Part shown: positions 51,341-60,730 of the stretch, piece after piece | How the letters are laid out: every line of letters begins with the position of its first letter | Numbering within the stretch: position 1 is the first letter of the stretch | Source: Minisyncoccia bacterium | GTDB taxonomy: Bacteria; Patescibacteriota; Minisyncoccia; UBA6257; 2-01-FULL-56-20 | Length of the DNA: 64,000 bases | Reading direction: 5' to 3' | NCBI GenBank assembly: GCA_050015515.1 | Contig: JBEKBG010000003.1 | Span: 6,871 to 70,870 of the forward strand | Notes under the pieces: model-generated | The model's input: only the letters and a program-made list of their open reading frames with translations | Told to the model about the DNA's origin: nothing | The model's database searches: none | Translations under genes and position numbers: made by a program

Positions 51341-51961
51341 TCAATTCCTTCTGTCCATCGCCGCACCCAGCGTCTCGTCGTCCGCGAATTCGATCTCGCC
51401 ACCGGTGGGAAGGCCGCGCCCGAGCCGGCTCACCCGCTTGGCGAGCGGTGCGAGTTCTTTCAATAAGAGCGATGCTTGGAAGTCGCCGAGCGTGGTGGGA
51501 CTGAAGCCGAGGATGATCTCGTCTGCCGCGCCGCCGAGGGCATCTGCGATATATTTTTTCAAACTGAGCAGGCGCGTCTTTTGCCACGCCTCCAAAAACC
51601 CCGTCTTCGGCACCGGGCCAACGATAAAATAGCGCCCGGTAAACTTCTTTGTGTTCTCAAGCGAAAGATAATCCGTCTCTTTTTCCACCACCATGATGAT
51701 GCGCTGGTTCCGCGCCGGGTTCGCGCAGACGTCGCACAGCGTGCCCGCGTTCTGATGGATGAAAAAGCACCGCTCGCAGATCTTAATCAAGCGGAGCGCG
51801 TCAATGCTCTGCGCGAGCACGCGCAGATCCTCTTTCGGCCGCCCGATCAGATAGAACGCAAGCCGCACCGCCTGTCGCGGTCCGATGGAGGGGAGCTCCG
51901 CAAGTTCGTCCACCACCTTCTGCACCGGCTCCGGGAGTTTCATCATGAGATAATTATACAA
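51341..51961 (-). CDS. recR: recombination protein RecR
   Basis: HhH N-terminus, C4 zinc finger (CERCFFIHQNAGTLCDVC), Toprim domain; start may be ATG 51946/51943. Confidence 0.9.
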   Translation of the reverse strand: MYNYLMMKLPEPVQKVVDELAELPSIGPRQAVRLAFYLIGRPKEDLRVLAQSIDALRLIKICERCFFIHQNAGTLCDVCANPARNQRIIMVVEKETDYLSLENTKKFTGRYFIVGPVPKTGFLEAWQKTRLLSLKKYIADALGGAADEIILGFSPTTLGDFQASLLLKELAPLAKRVSRLGRGLPTGGEIEFADDETLGAAMDRRN

Positions 51962-52026
51962 CTAAAACCCGCAGAGCGGGATAAAGTTTATTTCTTTATT
52001 TCGAACAAAATTTGTCTACCCCCCCC

Positions 52027-52416
52027 TTACGATCTTCCAAAAGAAAAACCATTATCTGCATAGAGATGTATGTATCCGAAAATTACCAAAATAAGATAAA
52101 TAAGGGAAAGCACGATATCAATGACGCCGATAGTTATAGTTATGTTGGCTACTCTGCGAGCTGTCGAAAAATTCTCCGCCGATTGCAAGGCTATCCTACC
52201 GCTAATAAATGCAAATACTCCCAAGAAAAAGGCGGGCAATGAAATGAGCCACACGGGGATAATACCTCTCCAGAGCCCATTACCTGCAGCCATAGCAGTT
52301 GAATATGCCTGCATCGCATACAGAACAGATGACGGAATGCCGCAGATGCCCAAAAAAAGACCTGCCCAAGAAAGCTCTGAGGGCATTTTTTCTTTTGGAA
52401 CAATATTCGAATCCAT
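52027..52416 (-). CDS. small polytopic membrane protein (hypothetical)
   Basis: hydrophobic ORF; start placed at MDSNIVPK. Confidence 0.5.
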   Translation of the reverse strand: MDSNIVPKEKMPSELSWAGLFLGICGIPSSVLYAMQAYSTAMAAGNGLWRGIIPVWLISLPAFFLGVFAFISGRIALQSAENFSTARRVANITITIGVIDIVLSLIYLILVIFGYIHLYADNGFSFGRS

Positions 52417-52505
52417 ACTCAAATTATAACACAACAATAGCCGAGTCCACGGTTGAGGGAGGGATTCAAAAAACGCATGGCCCTCTGAGGCATTCCGGTT
52501 TGTCC

Positions 52506-52577
52506 TGAGGGGAATCGCGGAGGCACGAAGGTGCCGAGCGTTAGGGCGCGTTCAGCAGAACGCGACCCGTCCCCGAA
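52506..52577 (-). repeat. copy 2 of the 72-nt structured repeat core, inverted on the + strand (so in the same sense as copy 1 relative to the upstream minus-strand dnaB gene), inside a copy-specific hairpin (52479-52604)
   Basis: exact reverse-complement identity to 23479-23550; flanks ggccctctgaggcattccgg / ccggaatagctcagagggcc; right arm covers the dnaB stop codon. Confidence 0.6.
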
Positions 52578-52594
52578 GGGCATGCCGGAATAGC

Positions 52595-53959
52595 TCAGAG
52601 GGCCGGCAGTTCCTCGTATCTTTTCTCTATCGTCTTGAAGCTCGCGCGTTCCGCGTCGAAGAAGAAGTCGAGGTCCTTGAGCGCGCCGTTGCGGTGCTTG
52701 GCGATGCGCAAGTGGACGGTGTTGTCGATGGACGACGCCGTGTCGTTCGGGTTGTGCTCGTCGCGCCAGAGGAACATCACGATGTCCGCATCCTGCTCGA
52801 TCGCGCCCGACTCGCGGAGATCAGAAAGGCGGGGGATTTTGTGGTCACGTTGTTCCACGCCGCGCGAGAGCTGGGAGAGCGCGAGCACCGGCACCTTGAG
52901 CTCACGCGAGAGCGCCTTGAGGCCGCGCGAGATCTCGGTGATCATGTTCACCATATTGTCGCTGTTCGTCCGCGGGCGGATGAGTTGGAGATAGTCCACA
53001 ATGAGCAGATCGAGCCCGTGCTCCACCTGAAGCCGCCGCGCCATGGAGCGCATCTGGAGCACGTTCAGTGATGGCGAGTCGTCGATAAAAAGCTTGATCG
53101 ACGAAAGCCGGTCCAGCGCGCCCTGGATCATGGAGAACTCGCTGTCGTTCGAGATGCGGCCGGTGAGGATGTTCCAGAGCGGTACCTGCGATTCGGCGGC
53201 GATGATGCGGTCCTGCAACGACTCACGCGACATTTCAAGCGAGAACAGGCCGACGGTGAACCCCGCCTTGCCCGCGTTCCGCGCGATGTCGAGCGCGAGC
53301 GACGTCTTGCCGACCGACGGCCGCGCGCCAAGGATGACCAACTCTGATTTTTGGAGTCCCGAAAGTGTCTCGTCGAGTGCGGGGAAGCCGGTGGGTACGC
53401 CACGCAACTTTCCGCCACCGGCGTGAAGTTGCGCGATGCGTTCGTACGCGCTCGTAAGATCGTCCTTGAGCGATACAAAATTCTGCGGCATGGATTTCTG
53501 CGAGATCGAAAGGATCTTCTGCTCGACGTCGTCAAGCAGGTCTTCCACCTCGCCGCCGTTCGAGAACACATCCTCGGAGATCTCCGCCGACGCCTTGATG
53601 AGGTCACGCAAGATCTTCTTCTCCTTTACGATCGTGGCATAGTGAGCCACGTGCGATGCGCTCGACACGTGGTTCGTGAGGTCCGCAAGGTACGCCGACC
53701 CGCCGACCTCTTTTAAGAGCTCGTGCTCTTTGAGAAAATTGGTGAGGCTCAGTACGTCGATCGGCTGGTGCTTTTCATAGAGCGTAAGGACGGCTTGGTA
53801 GATCCGTTCGTGCGTCGGCGTGTAAAAATCTTCCGGCGACAAAATATCCGCCACGCGGAAGATCGCGTTCTTATCAATGAGGACGGAACCCAACACCGCC
53901 TGTTCCGCTTCCAGATTCTGCGGCGGGAGTTTCAGTTGTGATTTTTTGGTGACCGCCAT
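52595..53959 (-). CDS. dnaB: replicative DNA helicase DnaB
   Basis: Walker A GARPSVGKTS, DnaB N-terminal domain, RecA-like C-terminal motifs. Confidence 0.95.
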   Translation of the reverse strand: MAVTKKSQLKLPPQNLEAEQAVLGSVLIDKNAIFRVADILSPEDFYTPTHERIYQAVLTLYEKHQPIDVLSLTNFLKEHELLKEVGGSAYLADLTNHVSSASHVAHYATIVKEKKILRDLIKASAEISEDVFSNGGEVEDLLDDVEQKILSISQKSMPQNFVSLKDDLTSAYERIAQLHAGGGKLRGVPTGFPALDETLSGLQKSELVILGARPSVGKTSLALDIARNAGKAGFTVGLFSLEMSRESLQDRIIAAESQVPLWNILTGRISNDSEFSMIQGALDRLSSIKLFIDDSPSLNVLQMRSMARRLQVEHGLDLLIVDYLQLIRPRTNSDNMVNMITEISRGLKALSRELKVPVLALSQLSRGVEQRDHKIPRLSDLRESGAIEQDADIVMFLWRDEHNPNDTASSIDNTVHLRIAKHRNGALKDLDFFFDAERASFKTIEKRYEELPAL

Positions 53960-53983
53960 CGTTTTTAATGATTATTTAAAAGA

Positions 53984-55411
53984 TTAAAAAAATCTTTTTC
54001 TGATCCGGGAACCGTCCTTGTCATCCCTTATGGAATATCCTAATGCTTCTATCTCTTTTCTCAAAGCGTCGGACTGGATAAACTGTTTATTGCCGCGCAA
54101 ATCGGCATATATTCGGGCCATTTCCGCGATTTTGGGATCGTTTCCGGCCGCGCTCGCGTTGGCAATGGCGTTCTCCAACCCGAGTCCTAAGATTTTATCA
54201 CTCTGCTTGACGAGTGCAAGTTTCTCTTTCGGATTGCAGCTATCAGAGAGCATTTCGTGGAGTATGGCAAGTGCCCGGGGCGTGTTCAGGTCATCGTCCA
54301 TCGCCGCGCGAAAATCGGCGAGATACTGTTTGGGCGATTTTTTTGGCGCTTTCCCGTTCGCCGCCGGCGCGCTTTCTTCGTAGAGATCGTTCGCCGCTTC
54401 GTAGAGCCGTTCAATGCCACTTCTCGCCGCATCCAAACTTTCCCAGGTAAAGTTCAGCCGCGTGCGATAGTGCGCGCCGAGCACGAGATAGCGATAGACG
54501 AGGGGATGATAGCCTTTTGTTTCCAGCTCCGTGAGCGTAAGGAAGTTACCTTCCGACTTTGCCATCTTGCCGCCGTCAAGCAGAAGATGCTCGCCGTGCA
54601 TCCACACGTGCGCGAGCGGAACATCGTACGCCGCCTCTGATTGCGCGATCTCGTTCGTGTGGTGCGTGCCCACAAGGTCGATGCCGCCCGCATGGATGTC
54701 GAACGGCTGTCCAAGAAAGTGCCGCGCGATCGCGGAGCACTCGATATGCCATCCGGGAAATCCTTCACCCCATGGTGACGGCCAATGCAGGAGATGTTTT
54801 TTGAATTTTCCTTCCAACTTGAACCAGAGCGCGAAGTCGGCGGGGTTGCGCTTATCGTCGTCAACGATCACTTCTTCGCGCGCGCCGGTCATTTTTTCCG
54901 CGAGCGATTGTCCGGAGAGCGCGCCGTACGAGGGAAATGTACTCACGTCGAAATAAACGGCGGCGGCCGTATCGTACGCAAACCCTTTTTCGAGCAATAT
55001 CTGAACCAGCGCGATCTGCTCGCGCACGTATGCGCTCGCGGGCGCGATAATGTCCGGCTTTATGATATTCAGCTTCGCAAGGTCTTCAAAGAACGCATCG
55101 GTATAGAACTGTGCGATCTCCTCCACGGATTTTTTTTGCGCCGTGGCGGCGGTCTCGATCTTGTCGTCACCCGCGTCGGTGTCTCCGGTAAGGTGGCCGA
55201 CGTCAGTGATGTTCATCACGCGACGCACGGCGTAGCCATCAAAACGCAGGGTCCGCTCGAGGATGTCTTCAAAAATATAGGTGCGGAGATTGCCGATATG
55301 CGCAAAGTTATACACGGTCGGCCCGCAGGTATAGAGACCGACCCAGTCCGGATGAATGGGCTTGAGCGGTTCCTTCTTGCGTGAAAGCGTATTATAGAGC
55401 GTTAGAACCAT
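53984..55411 (-). CDS. cysS: cysteinyl-tRNA synthetase
   Basis: HIGH (FAHIGN) and KMSKS (KMAKS) motifs; CysRS zinc-binding Cys. Confidence 0.93.
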   Translation of the reverse strand: MVLTLYNTLSRKKEPLKPIHPDWVGLYTCGPTVYNFAHIGNLRTYIFEDILERTLRFDGYAVRRVMNITDVGHLTGDTDAGDDKIETAATAQKKSVEEIAQFYTDAFFEDLAKLNIIKPDIIAPASAYVREQIALVQILLEKGFAYDTAAAVYFDVSTFPSYGALSGQSLAEKMTGAREEVIVDDDKRNPADFALWFKLEGKFKKHLLHWPSPWGEGFPGWHIECSAIARHFLGQPFDIHAGGIDLVGTHHTNEIAQSEAAYDVPLAHVWMHGEHLLLDGGKMAKSEGNFLTLTELETKGYHPLVYRYLVLGAHYRTRLNFTWESLDAARSGIERLYEAANDLYEESAPAANGKAPKKSPKQYLADFRAAMDDDLNTPRALAILHEMLSDSCNPKEKLALVKQSDKILGLGLENAIANASAAGNDPKIAEMARIYADLRGNKQFIQSDALRKEIEALGYSIRDDKDGSRIRKRFF

Positions 55412-56283
55412 CCTTTTCGTTTGAAGTAGACGGTCATCACGACCATCCCCACCACCATGATGGCGAGGACTATCCAGAACGCGTAGGGGAGTCCGATGAT
55501 CGGTGTGCCGCGCGTGTTCATGCTAAAGAGCGCCGCGATGAGCAGGAACGGGAAGGTGAGGAACGAAAGTGAGGTGAATGTTTTCATAACACTATTGATC
55601 TTAAGGTTCATCAATTGATTGTTGGTATCCTCAAAATCGGAGATCGCCTCGCGGTAATCCTCGAGCTGGTTCACCACTTTGAGCTGGTCGCCGATGAGGT
55701 CGTTCAGATAGATCTCTGCGTCATCCCCCCAGAATTTTTTTCCTTTTGAGAGGAGCGAGCGCAGGATCGGTTCCTGGAGGCGCACCACAATGCGGTACTC
55801 GGAAACATCGCGCTTGACATAGGTGATGCGCTCCAGCACCTCCTTCTCTTTGTCTTTAAATATCTCCTTGCCGACCGCTTCCACCTTTTCGCGGATGTGG
55901 CGCAGTTGCCGTTCCTGGAAATTGATGAGGTGTTCAATGAGGGCGTACATCACCGCGAGTGAGGAATCGCATTCCGCTACGCCAAATCCGTCCATTACGC
56001 CATCCAGCCCGTCGTAGTGGACGGTCGCCACGCTGTCTTTGGTAATGATGAAGTCGATCTCGGTGCGCGTCGATGCCTCGTCATCGCGATCATACACGGG
56101 GAAGTAATAGATGAAATAAAGATAATCTTTATATGCTTCCACGCGTCCGCGCGCCGAAGGGCCGCGCAGTTCCTCCACGATGATGGGGTGGAGTTTATAT
56201 TCCTTTCCGAGCCACACCAGATCTTTGTCCGTCGGCTTCTCCACGTCGACCCACTGGACCCCTTTTCCTTTCTTTGTTTCCAT
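55402..56283 (-). CDS. corA: CorA-family divalent cation transporter with S-M-N in place of canonical G-M-N
   Basis: two C-terminal TM helices with LFSMNTRG loop motif; cytoplasmic N-terminal domain. Confidence 0.8.
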   Translation of the reverse strand: METKKGKGVQWVDVEKPTDKDLVWLGKEYKLHPIIVEELRGPSARGRVEAYKDYLYFIYYFPVYDRDDEASTRTEIDFIITKDSVATVHYDGLDGVMDGFGVAECDSSLAVMYALIEHLINFQERQLRHIREKVEAVGKEIFKDKEKEVLERITYVKRDVSEYRIVVRLQEPILRSLLSKGKKFWGDDAEIYLNDLIGDQLKVVNQLEDYREAISDFEDTNNQLMNLKINSVMKTFTSLSFLTFPFLLIAALFSMNTRGTPIIGLPYAFWIVLAIMVVGMVVMTVYFKRKGWF

Positions 56284-56394
56284 AATGATATTTTAACATA
56301 CTGCCGATCGATTTGGAGACACTATTCAATTTTCACCCAGCGGTCGAACAACGCAACAACGTTCGATCGCATTTTTTTGTTAAAAAAGCATGAA

Positions 56395-56433
56395 CTGGCA
56401 CTCTCTTGACTAGATTGCTAATTCGGCTAAAAT
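56395..56433 (+). promoter_or_regulatory. CIRCE-like inverted repeat operator overlapping a sigma70-like promoter upstream of hrcA
   Basis: cTGGCACTC-N9-GATTGCTAA (consensus TTAGCACTC-N9-GAGTGCTAA; 7/9 and 8/9 matches); TTGACT (56406-56411)-N16-TAAAAT (56428-56433); ATG at 56442 implies a near-leaderless transcript. Confidence 0.45.
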
Positions 56434-56441
56434 AAGAGTGT

Positions 56442-57128
56442 ATGACCGATCGAACAGCACAAATTTTGGAAGCGGCGATTCAAGAGTTCATCAACACCGG
56501 CGACCCGGTGAGTTCGGGGTTGCTCTACGATCGATACGACTTTGGAATAAAACCGGCGATGATACGGCTTGAATTAGACGAGCTTGAGGACGCTGGGTAT
56601 CTCGAACAGCCGCATCATTCGGCGGGTCGCGTGCCGACGAACAGTGGGTATGAATTTTTTGCAAAACGGATGCTGGGCATCGCGAACGTGCCGAGCGAAC
56701 GCTCCGTCGGCGCCGCGAAACAAAATGATCTTCATCTACTCCTTAAAGAGCAGGCGTGGCCGGATCTTTTGAACGAGCTCTCGGCGCAGCTCGGGTTGCT
56801 CTCCGTCGCCGCCGACCTCGCGCGCGAGTCGGTCTACAAAGCGGGGCTCCAGCATCTCATCGATCATCTTGACTGGCAGGACCAGAGCGGCATCCGTTCG
56901 GTCATCCGCGATTTCGAGGAAGTGGACGAGCGAGCGCCGCGCGCGGCAGAGCATATGGGCATCGGCCCGCAGATCTTCATCGGCAAGAAAAGTCCGCTGA
57001 CGACGAGCGATAATCTTTCTGTCGTGGGTGGGAACTATCAGATCGGCGGTGCGACCATCTCCATCTTTGCCATCGGCCCCAAACGGATGGATTACAAAAA
57101 GGTCATACGAACATTCAAAAATCTTTAA
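56442..57128 (+). CDS. hrcA: heat-inducible transcription repressor HrcA (short form, 228 aa)
   Basis: N-terminal winged-HTH (AQILEAAIQEFINTGDPVSS), position upstream of grpE-dnaK-dnaJ. Confidence 0.85.
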   Translation: MTDRTAQILEAAIQEFINTGDPVSSGLLYDRYDFGIKPAMIRLELDELEDAGYLEQPHHSAGRVPTNSGYEFFAKRMLGIANVPSERSVGAAKQNDLHLLLKEQAWPDLLNELSAQLGLLSVAADLARESVYKAGLQHLIDHLDWQDQSGIRSVIRDFEEVDERAPRAAEHMGIGPQIFIGKKSPLTTSDNLSVVGGNYQIGGATISIFAIGPKRMDYKKVIRTFKNL

Positions 57129-57145
57129 TCAACTTTCATAAACCA

Positions 57146-57640
57146 ATGGCAGACGAGGAAAACAAATTACCTGAACCGACGGTCGCCGACCTCAAGGATC
57201 AGATAGAAGAGATGACGACCCAGCGTGACGAGTATTTTGCCGGGTGGCAGCGCGCGAAGGCGGACTTCATCAATTATAAAAAAGAAGAAATGGGGCATTT
57301 GGAAGAGGTCGCGCGGTACGGCAGTGAGGATTTGATAAAAGACCTTATCTCCGTGATGGATAATTTCGACCTTGCGCTGCGCACGATCGAAAAGGCCGGC
57401 CCGGTGGAAAAAGGCATTTATTTTATCCGGACGCAGATAGAGGATATTTTAAAGAAGCGGGGGTTGGAGAAGATCGACATCAAGGAAGGCGACGAATTCG
57501 ATCCCGCGATCGCGGAAGCGCTTGCGGAAGTCGCGTCGGATAAATCGCACGGCATGGTTGTGGAGGTGATCGAACAAGGGTATCGTCTGCACGAAAAGGT
57601 CTTGCGCCCAGCACGGGTAATAATAAGCAAAGGAACATGA
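57146..57640 (+). CDS. grpE: nucleotide exchange factor GrpE
   Basis: long N-terminal helix and C-terminal beta domain; operon position. Confidence 0.9.
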   Translation: MADEENKLPEPTVADLKDQIEEMTTQRDEYFAGWQRAKADFINYKKEEMGHLEEVARYGSEDLIKDLISVMDNFDLALRTIEKAGPVEKGIYFIRTQIEDILKKRGLEKIDIKEGDEFDPAIAEALAEVASDKSHGMVVEVIEQGYRLHEKVLRPARVIISKGT

Positions 57641-57807
57641 GACATAAACAGACGGTAGAGGAATTGCATCATTTTCAGTGCGGGAAGTGTAAGAAGTGGT
57701 GGGCTATCGGTGATACGCCGCGAGCTAAAAGAAATTGGTTCTGTCCGTGGTGTGGGAGTGTGGAAGGAGAGATAAAAAAGTCATTAAATAATAAATCTAT
57801 AAAATAA
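57637..57807 (+). CDS. unannotated 56-aa zinc-ribbon small protein (CxxC-x17-CxxC) in the grpE-dnaK spacer
   Basis: ATG 57637 overlaps grpE stop (ATGA); [56 protein letters not shown]; stop 5 nt before dnaK ATG. Confidence 0.4.
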   Translation: MRHKQTVEELHHFQCGKCKKWWAIGDTPRAKRNWFCPWCGSVEGEIKKSLNNKSIK

Positions 57808-57812
57808 ATAAC

Positions 57813-59750
57813 ATGCCAAAGATCATAGGAATCGATTTGGGGACAACGAACTCGGCCGTCTCCGTCATGAAGAACGGCGAGTTGCAGATTTTGGAGAATG
57901 CCGAGGGCAATCGCACGACGCCGTCCATCGTTGCGCTTTCAAAGAGCGGGGAGCGGCTCGTGGGCCTGCTCGCCAAGCGGCAGTCGGTGACGAATCCGAC
58001 GAACACGATATTCTCGGTGAAGCGTCTGATCGGGCGCAAATTCACGGATCCGGAGGTCCAGCGCGACAAGACGTGGCTTCCGTATGAGATCCGCGCTGGC
58101 GCGACCGGCGGCGTTGAGGTGAAGATGGGCGATAAGTGGTATTCGCCGGAGGAGATCTCCGCGTTCATCTTGAGCAAACTGAAAGCCGATGCCGAGGCGA
58201 AGCTCGGCGAGAAGATCGACGAGGCGGTCATCACGGTGCCCGCGTACTTTGATGATTCGCAAAGACAGGCGACGAAAAACGCCGGCGAGATCGCAGGCTT
58301 GAAAGTTGACCGCATTCTGAACGAGCCGACCGCGGCCGCGTTCGCGTATGGCGTCAATAAAGAAAAGAACCAGAAGATCGTCGTCTACGATTTCGGCGGC
58401 GGAACATTCGATGTGTCCGTTTTGGAAATGGGCTACGATGCCGACACAAAAGAGCAGACGGTGGAGGTTCGCGCGACGGGCGGCGATACGCATCTTGGTG
58501 GCGACGACTTTGATAAGAAGATCCAGGAATATCTGGTTGCCGAATACAAGAAACAGGAAGGCATCGATATCTCGAAGGATCCGCTCGCGGTCCAGCGGTT
58601 GAAGGAAGCCGCCGAGCGCGCCAAGCACGAGCTTTCGACCGCGGTGGAGACGGAGATCAACATTCCATACATCTCGTCCGACGCGAACGGGCCGAAGCAC
58701 TTTCAGATCAAGTTGACGCGCGCGAAGCTCGAGTCGCTCGTGCAGGAATATATCGATCGTTCGATTCAGCTGACGAAAGAGACGGTGACGTCGCCCGCGC
58801 CGAAAGGCGCCGGATACCAGCTAAGTGAGATCGCGGAAGTGATCCTTGTCGGCGGGCAGACGCGCATGCCGGCAATGCAGGAAGCGGTCAAGAATCTTTT
58901 CGGCAAGGAACCGCATCAGGGAATTAATCCGGATGAGGTGGTGGCGCTCGGCGCGGGCATCCAGGCTGAAATTTTGGCGGCGAAAGCGGAAGGTCGCAAG
59001 ACGGAAGGCGAGGTAAAAGATATTTTATTGCTTGATGTGACGCCGCTCTCGCTCAGCATCGAAACGTATGGTGGCGTGGCGACGCCGATGATCCCAAAGA
59101 ACACGACGGTGCCGACCGCGAAGTCGCAGATTTTTTCGACGGCGGCGGACAATCAGACATCTGTGGAAGTACACGTGCTCCAGGGCGAGCGCCCGATGGC
59201 CGGCGACAACAAGACGCTCGCGAAGTTCATCCTTGACGGCATTCCGCCGTCACCGCGCGGAGTCCCGCAGGTGGAGGTCACCTTCGACATCGACGCAAAC
59301 GGCATTTTGAACGTCTCGGCTAAGGATAAAGCGAGTGGCAAAGTGCAATCGGTCAAAGTGGAAGCGTCGAGCAACCTTTCAAAAGAAGAGATCGAGAAGT
59401 TAAAGAAAGAAGCGGCAGAACATGCGGTGGAAGATGAAAAGAAAAAGGTGCTCATCGAGATGCGCAATCAAGCGGAGTCGCTCATCTATCTTGCCGAAAA
59501 ATCGATAAAGGATGCGGGTGATACATTGCCGGCGGAGGTGAAGGCCGGCGTGGAAGAAAAATTGACGGCACTGAAGAGCGTGAAAGATGCCGAGGATGTT
59601 GCGGCCATTAAAGCTGCGACCGAGGCACTTTCGACGGAGATACAAAAGATCGGGCAAGCGGCGTATAATAAACCCAATGAACCTCAGGGAGATCATGACG
59701 GGCAGCAGCCCGATGGACCTGCAGAACCAAAACCTGATCAATCCGTCTAA
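57813..59750 (+). CDS. dnaK: molecular chaperone DnaK (Hsp70)
   Basis: Hsp70 signatures [27 protein letters not shown]. Confidence 0.97.
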   Translation: MPKIIGIDLGTTNSAVSVMKNGELQILENAEGNRTTPSIVALSKSGERLVGLLAKRQSVTNPTNTIFSVKRLIGRKFTDPEVQRDKTWLPYEIRAGATGGVEVKMGDKWYSPEEISAFILSKLKADAEAKLGEKIDEAVITVPAYFDDSQRQATKNAGEIAGLKVDRILNEPTAAAFAYGVNKEKNQKIVVYDFGGGTFDVSVLEMGYDADTKEQTVEVRATGGDTHLGGDDFDKKIQEYLVAEYKKQEGIDISKDPLAVQRLKEAAERAKHELSTAVETEINIPYISSDANGPKHFQIKLTRAKLESLVQEYIDRSIQLTKETVTSPAPKGAGYQLSEIAEVILVGGQTRMPAMQEAVKNLFGKEPHQGINPDEVVALGAGIQAEILAAKAEGRKTEGEVKDILLLDVTPLSLSIETYGGVATPMIPKNTTVPTAKSQIFSTAADNQTSVEVHVLQGERPMAGDNKTLAKFILDGIPPSPRGVPQVEVTFDIDANGILNVSAKDKASGKVQSVKVEASSNLSKEEIEKLKKEAAEHAVEDEKKKVLIEMRNQAESLIYLAEKSIKDAGDTLPAEVKAGVEEKLTALKSVKDAEDVAAIKAATEALSTEIQKIGQAAYNKPNEPQGDHDGQQPDGPAEPKPDQSV

Positions 59751-60702
59751 GATCAGCACCACTCAGCGCCCATCGGGCAGGTGGCGGTCGCTTTGTCTTG
59801 ATGTGGTGGCGGTGTTTTCCGCCGCACTGTTTGGTTATTGCTACTATCGCTATCTCACGCAGGGATGGTCGGTGTGGTTCTTATTTGCGGCGCTCACGTT
59901 CTTTGGGGTGGTATCCGTCATGGAGGTATTTTTGTCCAAGAACGGATGGCGGAGTATGCTCGTTATTTTTCTTGAAACGGCAGCGATGCTCGGATTTTTT
60001 TGGCGGGACAATGTGACGGTGCTTGGTATCATCGCCGCCATTATGGTGGTGATGCTCGTGTGGGGACATATGAGCGCCCGCACGCTTGTGCGGAACGGGA
60101 TCGAGATCCCATTCTTCGGCGCGAGCGGGGATATGTTGGGAAAATTCACGACCGGGGTCTTACTTTTCATGATCCTCGCGTACGTTCCACAGATCGCCGG
60201 CAATGCGCTTGTCGTTTCGGCTCAGAGCTTCCGGACGTTCTTTGACTGGACCTCGGGTCTCGTAAACAGTTTCTATCCGGAGCTGTCACTCAACGGCTCG
60301 TTCGGCGATTTCGCGCAAAGTGTTTCCAAGATGGAGCTTGCGAACAATCCCAGCTTCCAAAGCCTGAATGCCGCCCAGCAGAATATCGCACTCCAGCAGG
60401 CGACCACCCAGTTCACGCAGAACTTTTTGCAAAACGCCTCCGGCACGGTTGCCACGTCGTCACCCGCGAGCGACGCGTTCTATAATGTGCTGAACGGCGT
60501 GCTGAACGCATGGCAGAGCCAGTCGTCGGGATGGTTCGATATCGGCTGGGTGACAGTGCTCTTCATCGGCCTGCGCACGCTCGGCATTCTCTTCGTATGG
60601 TTCGCGCAGTTCATATGCCTCGTTTTTTACGAATTGTTGCTCGCATCGGGATTCATGAAGATCTCCGAGGAGCCACACTCGCGGGAGGTCATCGGATATT
60701 AA
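59713..60702 (+). CDS. polytopic membrane hypothetical protein; 5' end overlaps dnaK 3' end, true start uncertain (59677-59801)
   Basis: 5-6 TM helices downstream of 59750; in-frame Met codons at 59677/59695/59713 all lie inside dnaK. Confidence 0.45.
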   Translation: MDLQNQNLINPSKISTTQRPSGRWRSLCLDVVAVFSAALFGYCYYRYLTQGWSVWFLFAALTFFGVVSVMEVFLSKNGWRSMLVIFLETAAMLGFFWRDNVTVLGIIAAIMVVMLVWGHMSARTLVRNGIEIPFFGASGDMLGKFTTGVLLFMILAYVPQIAGNALVVSAQSFRTFFDWTSGLVNSFYPELSLNGSFGDFAQSVSKMELANNPSFQSLNAAQQNIALQQATTQFTQNFLQNASGTVATSSPASDAFYNVLNGVLNAWQSQSSGWFDIGWVTVLFIGLRTLGILFVWFAQFICLVFYELLLASGFMKISEEPHSREVIGY

Positions 60703-60730
60703 TAGGCACGCAATAATGTATTAAATTTTT

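Noticed and set aside
59798-60016. 72-aa [15 protein letters not shown]... after dnaK
   Set aside because: It is out of frame with the hydrophobic membrane-protein ORF that covers the same DNA, and its composition is Cys/Arg/Trp-rich junk.
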